A DNA stretch of 24,071 nucleotides, taken from Promethearchaeota archaeon. GTDB taxonomy: Archaea; Asgardarchaeota; Lokiarchaeia; Sigyniarchaeales; SOKP01. The DNA lies in the NCBI GenBank assembly GCA_048941265.1, contig JBHLNT010000058.1, positions 1-24,071 of the forward strand, written 5' to 3'. The translations under genes and the position numbers were made by a program. Shown one piece after another: positions 18,002-24,071 of the stretch (positions are counted from its first letter, which is position 1; every line of letters starts with the position of its first letter). The notes under the pieces are model-generated. The model saw nothing but the letters and a program-made list of their open reading frames with translations, made no database searches and had not been told where the DNA came from.

Positions 18002-18127
18002 TTAACCTTTCTCATAAAATTCGCATGTGTCTTTTTCTTTTGCTGTAACATAAATTTGCTTTTTCTCACACCAAACTAAACCATCAGAATTTTCATTTCC
18101 TGCATATTTACAATCAGATTTTGCCAT
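18002..18127 (-). CDS. 41-aa three-cysteine microprotein (not in ORF track): MAKSDCKYAGNENSDGLVWCEKKQIYVTAKEKDTCEFYEKG
   Basis: ATG at 18127, TAA at 18004-18002, GAGGTGA SD at 18143-18137; fills the gap between two co-oriented genes; 24/37 identical to the C-terminal domain of the HEAT-GNAT protein (2583-2693). Confidence 0.9.
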   Translation of the reverse strand: MAKSDCKYAGNENSDGLVWCEKKQIYVTAKEKDTCEFYEKG

Positions 18128-18148
18128 TTTTTATGTTCACCTCAAAAT

Positions 18149-18619
18149 TTATTCTAATTTTACTGTGAAAATGGATGTATTTTCTTCGGGTTTCCATTGG
18201 CACGATTCTATATAACCCTTCTTTCCAGTTTTTTCTTCAATTGCACTATATAAAATTGACATCATTGGACATGGTGGGATAAAGTTAAGATCATTTCCTC
18301 GAAACACTTTCGTAGCAGATGCAAAAATACATTCTCCTAGATCCATAACAATTTTATCGTCAGAAATTTCAAGTGCATTAGCCCTTTGACAATATCCCGC
18401 TTCCTTTATTTTTTTTGTGAAATCTTCTGTAATTGATTTAACATCTGAACCATTCAATTCAATTCCGGCATCTTTAATTAAACTCTTTGCACTATTTCGA
18501 AAAGAATTGGCACATTCATTCCATACTAATGGAATATTTAATCCCATATTCATCATAGCCTTACCCATAGCAACCAAAGTTGCGTTTGATATATCTAGTA
18601 GTTGTTTATAATTTGGCAT
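18149..18619 (-). CDS. V4R / methanogen-output-domain-1-like Cys-containing protein
   Basis: Helical N-terminus, then ISDDKIVMDLGECIFA ... PPCPMMSILYSAIEEKTGK ... SIFTVKL resembles V4R/MetOD1-type folds; GAGGT SD. The gene is well supported; the family call is tentative. Confidence 0.65.
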   Translation of the reverse strand: MPNYKQLLDISNATLVAMGKAMMNMGLNIPLVWNECANSFRNSAKSLIKDAGIELNGSDVKSITEDFTKKIKEAGYCQRANALEISDDKIVMDLGECIFASATKVFRGNDLNFIPPCPMMSILYSAIEEKTGKKGYIESCQWKPEENTSIFTVKLE

Positions 18620-18790
18620 TATTTTACCTCTTAATTTTTTTTAAAAGAATTCTAAATATTAATGATTTTTCATATAAAATTTTATTAGATTATTTGTGAA
18701 AAAACTTATATTTAAATATTTCCATAAAAACAAAAATTTAAATACTTAAAGAAAATTAGATTATTAGTTAAATTTTTTATAAAAATATTT
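18620..18790. promoter_or_regulatory. Divergent promoter region between the V4R/Roadblock operon and the MglA operon
   Basis: Non-coding gap between head-to-head genes; TATA-like TTTAAATA at 18711 and 18737; loosely resembles 1-131 (ATTAGATT at 21 vs 18684). Confidence 0.45.
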
Positions 18791-19465
18791 TTGATAAAGA
18801 GAGGAGACTTTAAAATTAGTGATAAGCAGATAAAAGTTTTTGTAACTGGATTTTTTAATTCAGGTAAAAGTACATTAGTTCACAAGCTTGATAAAAAAGC
18901 CATTCATGTTGAAAAAAATTTAAGTAAAGCTTATAATAAAGAGAAATTATCCACCACTACAGGGTTTGATTTAGGGAGACTGGTCTGGGCACGACCAAAT
19001 TTAGATAATGAAACTGACGGAGTATTGATGAGCAAAACGGAATATTTACGAGATAAAGATGAATATCCAGGATGGAATATTATTTATGTTGAATTAAAGG
19101 GAAGTCCTGGTCAGATGCAGTTTTCAACGGTTCGAAAAGTTTTAGCAAAAGGTAGTGATGGTGTGATATTCTTAATTGATGGATGTGATTTAGCAAATGT
19201 TGGAAATGCTTTAGTTGTCTTGGAAGAAATAAAAGCTATTTTAGGGAATTATGTTCCCATGAGAATTATTGCTAATAAATCTGATAGATCGGATTTTCAC
19301 GGATGTGAAATTATCTCAAATATGATTGGTGAGAAGGTATATGAAGGATCTGGAAAATATAATATCGGGATTAAAAATGCTATTATTGAAGTTCTCAAAA
19401 TTATTTTGTGTACTTCAAATGAAAGTAATATTTCTAAAAAAGAGGCGATATTAGAAAATGGTTAA
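18791..19465 (+). CDS. MglA-like small GTPase (copy 2)
   Basis: GFFNSGKST, STTTGFDLG, GSPGQMQF, NKSD; near-collinear with 132-791. Start TTG 18791 or ATT 18815 (after GAGGAG). Confidence 0.88.
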   Translation: MIKRGDFKISDKQIKVFVTGFFNSGKSTLVHKLDKKAIHVEKNLSKAYNKEKLSTTTGFDLGRLVWARPNLDNETDGVLMSKTEYLRDKDEYPGWNIIYVELKGSPGQMQFSTVRKVLAKGSDGVIFLIDGCDLANVGNALVVLEEIKAILGNYVPMRIIANKSDRSDFHGCEIISNMIGEKVYEGSGKYNIGIKNAIIEVLKIILCTSNESNISKKEAILENG

Positions 19466-19907
19466 TTTAAAAGAGCAAGAAATTTGCAATATTATGAAAG
19501 ATTTTAGAGAAAGGACTAATATTCTCTGCTCTGCACTATTTACCGAAGATGGTTTTATAATCGCTATAGATGACCCTTCTTATAATATTGATGAAGATTT
19601 CCATCAGACTATTGTAGCCATCTGTGCTGGAATTATTTCTTTAGCTAGTGAAGGAGTAGAAATATTTAAAGCAGATTCAAAAATAACACAAATCACTATT
19701 CAAGCAGGAGATCAATTAGATAATGAAGGATTTATAATTGTTCTTGAGTCAATTACAGAAGAAATTAGATATTCGATATTGTTTCCCACATTTTTAAATT
19801 TAGGTGTAATTATGTTTGAATTAAATCAAACTTTAGGCAAATTATCAAAATTTTTCTTAGATGTGGATCTAATAGATGATTTAGAAAGCGTAAGCACATC
19901 TCCTTGA
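19458..19907 (+). CDS. Roadblock/LC7 (MglB-like) protein (copy 2)
   Basis: SALFTEDGFIIA, AICAGIISLA, IQAGDQLDNEGFII, FLNLGVIMFE; 8-nt overlap with the GTPase. Confidence 0.87.
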   Translation: MVNLKEQEICNIMKDFRERTNILCSALFTEDGFIIAIDDPSYNIDEDFHQTIVAICAGIISLASEGVEIFKADSKITQITIQAGDQLDNEGFIIVLESITEEIRYSILFPTFLNLGVIMFELNQTLGKLSKFFLDVDLIDDLESVSTSP

Positions 19908-19983
19908 AGGTTTACTTTTGAGAGTTAATTAAAAAGCGGTTAATTAAGAGATTTAATTTATATTTAACAAAATAGTTGTTTAA

Positions 19984-21492
19984 ATGTTCAGAAAAACAAT
20001 CATATTAAAAGAAGGGAGGAATACACTGATTGAGATTAAAAAAATAGAAGATAATGATAAAAATTCAATATATGGTAGTAGAACGAAAAATCAATTGAAT
20101 TATAATATTTTAAATAATTATAATAATGCAGGGTACTACATAAAAAAGGCTAATTATCTTAATAATATTTATTTATTAGCAAATTCCCATTTCAAAGGAT
20201 CCTTTTATATAATTCCAAAAATAATTGGAAAACTTGGAAATAGAAATATTGACTTATTAATTAAAATTGCTTTCAATAGAGAAAATGATTTAAGCGTAAG
20301 ACGATATGTTATAGAAGGATTAGGAAAAATTGGTGATAAGAGAATATGTAGAAAATTACATTTACTTTTAAAAAATGAAAATATATTCATTAAAAAAAGT
20401 ATTATTGCAGCATTAGCAGATCTCGGTGATAAAGATTCTGTTGATATTTTGTTAAATTTATTGGAATGTGAAGATGATTGGATTAAACATAATATTATAT
20501 GGGCACTTGGAGTTATTGGAGATCCAAAATGTCTTAACAAACTTATTGAAATGTTCACTTCTGAAAATTTAAATTTCTTAATTAGAAAAAACATAGTAAC
20601 TGCCCTCGGAAAATTAGGTTCTAAAAAAGCTGTTAATCTTCTTATAAAAATATTAAATGATCCACATTCTGGTTTGGAAGAATATGCTGTATTAGCATTA
20701 GATAAAATAGAAGATGAGAAAGCAATCATTCCATTAATTAAAAATTTATTAAATCCAATATGGTTTTTAAAAAATGATTATAAAATTCTTATAAATAAAT
20801 TATCACCAAATTTGAAATCTATGTTAAAAGAATATGATTGTACATATTATATAAGAGAACAATTACCTGCTCAATTTCTCATAAATTATAAGGAATCTAT
20901 TGAATGGCATTATGGGTATTTAAATAAATCCCATTATTATTTAAATAGCTTGAATAAAATTATTGGTTGTTTAAATATAATTTTTCTATCAATTTACGAA
21001 AATACCTACCTATTTTATTGGGATACAATAGAAATTAAAGAAAAGTACCGGAGATTACGATTAGGGTCAAAATTTTGTAAATATATGATAAAATCTATTA
21101 TAAATCAATATAAAAAATTTTATATTTTTTTATTAGTGGCGAAATGTGAACAATATAAACTAAAATTTTTTAGTTCGTTAGGTTTTTCTCCGGTGAAATT
21201 AAGAAAAACCGAAGTTGGAACACATTGTATCATGTGTTATCCTTTTGATGAAAATTCCGAGAAATATTGCCTAAGATTATTTGAATATTTTAACTGGAGG
21301 GAAGAGAAAAGGGAGGTAATCTCTTCGGATTGTAAGTATGCTTATAATTCAAATCCAACAGGACTTTATTGGTGCACAAAAAAGAATATTTATGTTACAG
21401 GATTAGAAAAGAAAAGCTGTTCTAATTATATTAAAGATAAAGAATTGTTTAATGAGAAAAAATTTCTTGATTTAAGAGGATTTCTAAATTAG
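19984..21492 (+). CDS. HEAT repeat - GNAT acetyltransferase - three-Cys domain protein (copy 2)
   Basis: HEAT repeats (VRRYVIEGLGKIGD, IRKNIVTALGKLG); GNAT IEIKEKYRRLRLG, FFSSLGF; SDCKYAYNSNPTGLYWCTKKNIYVTGLEKKSC tail. Alternative start CTG 20026 after GGAGG. Confidence 0.85.
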   Translation: MFRKTIILKEGRNTLIEIKKIEDNDKNSIYGSRTKNQLNYNILNNYNNAGYYIKKANYLNNIYLLANSHFKGSFYIIPKIIGKLGNRNIDLLIKIAFNRENDLSVRRYVIEGLGKIGDKRICRKLHLLLKNENIFIKKSIIAALADLGDKDSVDILLNLLECEDDWIKHNIIWALGVIGDPKCLNKLIEMFTSENLNFLIRKNIVTALGKLGSKKAVNLLIKILNDPHSGLEEYAVLALDKIEDEKAIIPLIKNLLNPIWFLKNDYKILINKLSPNLKSMLKEYDCTYYIREQLPAQFLINYKESIEWHYGYLNKSHYYLNSLNKIIGCLNIIFLSIYENTYLFYWDTIEIKEKYRRLRLGSKFCKYMIKSIINQYKKFYIFLLVAKCEQYKLKFFSSLGFSPVKLRKTEVGTHCIMCYPFDENSEKYCLRLFEYFNWREEKREVISSDCKYAYNSNPTGLYWCTKKNIYVTGLEKKSCSNYIKDKELFNEKKFLDLRGFLN

Positions 21493-21531
21493 AAACAATA
21501 TTCATAATAAAATAAACTAATGTGAAAATAA

Positions 21532-22740
21532 TTGGAACTGAAAATAAATGAAGAAAATGAATTTTTGAGATCAATATTGAACTCAATTTTTGATGAAATT
21601 ATGATTTTAGATTTAAATTATACAATAATAGATGTAAATAAAACATTTTGTACTAAATATAAGGTTACTAAAGAAGAAACCATAGGAAAAAAATGTTATA
21701 AATTAACCCATAACTCTAACATAATTTGTCGACCCCCAAAATGTAAATGTCCCGTCGAAGATGTTTTAAAAACTGGTGATTTTAGTGAATCAATTCATTG
21801 TCATATTGTTAATAATAGAAAAATCTATTTGGAACAGTTAGCATATCCCATAAAATCCAAAGATGGTAATATAAAGCAAATTGTTAAGATTGGAAGAGAT
21901 ATTACTCAACAGAAGAAAGTTGAAAATATGTTAAGAGCATCAGAAAAAAGATATTATGATGCGTATAATAGTATGATTTTTTATAAGGACCTTTTTATTC
22001 ATGACATTAGTAATATTTTACAAAATATACAATTATCAATGGATTTTTTGTCTTTTTATCAAAAAAAGGGAAGAATAATGGACGATATTGAAGAAATTGT
22101 TCATATTGTTAAAGAGAATATTAATAGAGGTTCAAAAATAATCTCAAATATTAGAAAATTATCAGATATTGAGGAATTTAAAGGTATTCTCGTCCAAACA
22201 GAAGTTGTAGAAATTCTTGAAGATTCCATACAAAAAATAAAGACTAAATTTAAAAATAAAAGAATTGAAGTAGAAATTGTTCCCTCAAACAAAAAATTTT
22301 GGATAAATGCGAATGAATTATTATTTGATGTTTTTGAGAATATCTTAGAAAACTCTGTAGTACATAATACAAATCCAATTATAGAAATTATAATAAAAAT
22401 AGATAAGTTGCGAATAAATAATACCACTTATCTTAAACTTGAATTTATTGATAACGGGAATGGTATACCTGAAGGCTTAAAAGAAAAAATTTTTCAGAGA
22501 GTTGATAATTTGGATAAAAATGAAACAAGAATAGGATTAGGGTTATCGCTTGTAAAAAAAATTATAGATAAATATAAAGGTCAAATTTGGATCGAAAATA
22601 AAATCAAGAATGATTTTTCCAAGGGAAGTAATTTTATAATTCTCATAGAGGAGACCTATTCTTCTTGTGAAAAAGATAGAGACCCTAATAGGGAGCATGA
22701 GAATAATGATAACAAAGTATTTAGTGGGATGATATGTTAA
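21532..22740 (+). CDS. Cys-rich PAS sensor histidine kinase
   Basis: PAS with KKCYKLTH...CRPPKCKCP; H-box FIHDISNILQ, N-box NILENSVVHN, G1 DNGNGI, G2 IGLGL. Confidence 0.9.
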   Translation: MELKINEENEFLRSILNSIFDEIMILDLNYTIIDVNKTFCTKYKVTKEETIGKKCYKLTHNSNIICRPPKCKCPVEDVLKTGDFSESIHCHIVNNRKIYLEQLAYPIKSKDGNIKQIVKIGRDITQQKKVENMLRASEKRYYDAYNSMIFYKDLFIHDISNILQNIQLSMDFLSFYQKKGRIMDDIEEIVHIVKENINRGSKIISNIRKLSDIEEFKGILVQTEVVEILEDSIQKIKTKFKNKRIEVEIVPSNKKFWINANELLFDVFENILENSVVHNTNPIIEIIIKIDKLRINNTTYLKLEFIDNGNGIPEGLKEKIFQRVDNLDKNETRIGLGLSLVKKIIDKYKGQIWIENKIKNDFSKGSNFIILIEETYSSCEKDRDPNREHENNDNKVFSGMIC

Positions 22741-23435
22741 CAGAAGAAGAATATGCTAATGAAAAATTTGGATCAAATGTTCTTATAAAATGTCCTCTTT
22801 GTAGTCTAAAAAAAAAGTTGAAAATCCCTTTAAAAATAATTAATCAAAGTAAATTATTAACTACAATATCTGTTCCTAGGGGATTAATTTGCGATCATAA
22901 TTTTCAAGCTTTTATTGATAAAAATTTTACTGTGAGAGGATATCAAAATGTTGATTTTGATCTATCAAATTTGGAATTTTACGAAAGTGGGTTTGACTCA
23001 ATCTTAGATGAGCTAGAAAAAGAACAAAAAGTAGAAGAGAAAATTATTCATTTAAGTTCTCTCCCATTATTTCAAGAGATTATAAAGGTATTGAGAAATT
23101 ATGTTAATAATATTGATATTCTTGGGAGTGCTCTATTTACATTAGAAGGAAAAGTTTTGTATTCATCTCTTCCAATGGGTACTTTAAATATTACTATTAG
23201 AGAATTCGAAGTTAGAAATGAGAAAAATTTAATTCAAGTTGAGAAATTTTTTCTTATTCTGAAAAATAAACAAAAAATTTTTTCTCAATTCATAGAGTTA
23301 GGAAATTTTTCTTTAATTATTACTTTAATATTTTCTAATAAAATTCAGCTAGGGATGGGGGATTTACATCTTAGGGAATTAAAAAAACGAATTCAAAGAA
23401 TAAATACTAATTTAAATGAAAAAAGAGATGATTAA
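22734..23435 (+). CDS. Zinc-finger-like + Roadblock/profilin-like protein (copy 2)
   Basis: CPLC...CDHNFQAFIDKNF; collinear with 2795-3502. Confidence 0.75.
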   Translation: MLTEEEYANEKFGSNVLIKCPLCSLKKKLKIPLKIINQSKLLTTISVPRGLICDHNFQAFIDKNFTVRGYQNVDFDLSNLEFYESGFDSILDELEKEQKVEEKIIHLSSLPLFQEIIKVLRNYVNNIDILGSALFTLEGKVLYSSLPMGTLNITIREFEVRNEKNLIQVEKFFLILKNKQKIFSQFIELGNFSLIITLIFSNKIQLGMGDLHLRELKKRIQRINTNLNEKRDD

Positions 23436-23437
23436 AC

Positions 23438-23548
23438 ATTAATGCTCCCACTAAAAGTTTTAAATATATAGATATATGCCCTGAATGTGAAGAATCAATT
23501 ATATTAGTCAAGGAGAGAGGTGAAATTGTATGCAAAAATGGGGTTTAA
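23438..23548 (+). pseudogene. TFB remnant (Zn-ribbon portion only)
   Basis: Translates INAPTKSFKYIDICPECEESIILVKERGEIVCKNGV*, homologous and syntenic to the N-terminus at 3499-3603 (ITPKKSLENVKKCPECDELLLAIKDRCETICRKC); cyclin repeats absent. Confidence 0.78.
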
Positions 23549-23607
23549 TAAGAAATAATCAAGAATTTAATGTTTATCAGAATTATAAAAAATCCTTTAT
23601 GGAAAGT

Positions 23608-23851
23608 GAAATAAATAAAGATAATCGATCATGGAGATCGCAAACTCATGTTTGAAACGAATAATACCAAAGATATTGTCTTTGTTCTTATGGTGAAAGA
23701 AGATTTAGCAATATTTAGAAATTTATTAATTGATTTAATCAACGGATTCGATAAAATTTATCAAGATTTACTCAAAAATATTGAAAATACTAGTACATTT
23801 TGTGAGAATTGGGATAAACTTCAGCTTTTAATTAATAAGTACCTAGGATAA
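23608..23851 (+). pseudogene. C-terminal remnant of the PAS-pseudokinase-longin gene
   Basis: IKIIDHGDRKLMFETNNTKDIVFVLMVKEDL...FCENWDKLQLLINKYLG matches the last ~80 aa of 4410-5855; upstream parts missing. Confidence 0.8.
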
Positions 23852-23877
23852 ATAAAATAGTAAAAAATTTAGCATAT

Positions 23878-24071
23878 TTGGAGCAAATGGTTAAAAATTA
23901 TACTAATATTGATGAAAAGAGAATAGATATTATATTATTATTATCTCATGAATTAAGATCATATTTAAATACTGTATTGATCTCATCAAAATTTCTTTTA
24001 GATTTTTTTAAAGATGAAGGTAGTATTTATGTATCAAAATATGTCAAAAAGATATATGATGAATCAGAAAA
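23878..24071 (+). CDS. Sensor-less HisKA protein (copy 2), truncated by window end
   Basis: TTG 23878/ATG 23887; (MEQ)MVKNYTNIDEKRIDIILLLSHELRSYLNTVLISSKFLLDFFKD...; homologous to 5900-6205 but with the H-box His intact. Confidence 0.65.
   Translation, partial: MEQMVKNYTNIDEKRIDIILLLSHELRSYLNTVLISSKFLLDFFKDEGSIYVSKYVKKIYDESE

Larger units (their letters stand above)
18791..24071 (+). repeat. Segmental duplication, copy 2 (extra PAS-HK, ~2-kb internal deletion)
   Basis: Collinear with 132-~6090 apart from the 21532-22740 gene and loss of sequence equivalent to about 3605-5600. Confidence 0.9.

Noticed and set aside
18417-18611. 64-aa plus-strand ORF
   Set aside because: Antisense to the V4R-like gene.
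19905-19907. TGA stops (here and at 14692-14694) as possible selenocysteine codons
   Set aside because: Both fall at natural domain ends; for 19905 the paralog ends at the same position with TAA; no SECIS recognised.
20205-20729. 174-aa minus-strand ORF
   Set aside because: Antisense shadow of the HEAT repeats.
21312-21317. GGAGGT just upstream of the fused three-Cys domain in copy 2 as an internal ribosome-binding site
   Set aside because: No suitable start codon at proper spacing and not conserved in copy 1; explained by Arg-Glu-Val codons.
22101-22427. 108-aa minus-strand ORF
   Set aside because: Antisense to the PAS histidine kinase.
1-24071. CRISPR array, tRNA/rRNA, or IS/transposase as cause of the duplication
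   Set aside because: No regularly spaced repeats, GC-rich structured RNA-like segment, transposase/integrase ORF or terminal inverted repeats seen by eye.

Overview
Very AT-rich archaeal DNA, most consistent with an Asgard archaeon (Lokiarchaeia-like). This is an inference from a TFB gene, many Roadblock/longin-type domains, a Rab/Ras-like GTPase and soluble multi-PAS kinases. The window is dominated by a signalling cluster present in two diverged direct copies (about 132-6478 and 18791->24071). The gene order is MglA-like GTPase with a conserved ~30-aa insert, Roadblock, HEAT-repeat/GNAT/three-Cys-domain protein, [PAS histidine kinase in copy 2 only], Zn-finger-Roadblock, TFB, PAS-pseudokinase-longin and an HK fragment. 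Copy 2 has lost most of TFB and the pseudokinase. Divergent from copy 2 is a minus-strand run: V4R/MetOD1-like protein, a 41-aa three-Cys microprotein absent from the ORF track (18002-18127), two Roadblocks, a coiled-coil-Roadblock and an RHH-HisKA-REC protein converging on a 7-PAS kinase. The microprotein is 24/37 identical (manual alignment) to the C-terminal domain of the copy 1 HEAT-GNAT protein and has the same Cys spacing as the equivalent domain in both copies, tying the two divergent operons together. Between the copies lie a Rab-like GTPase, an alpha/beta hydrolase, two small tandem paralogs and an L-fucose/L-arabinose-isomerase-family gene. Several genes appear to need non-canonical start codons (CTG/ATA/ATT). 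No rRNA, tRNA, CRISPR or transposase was recognised. All family calls are by-eye motif recognition; no searches were run.
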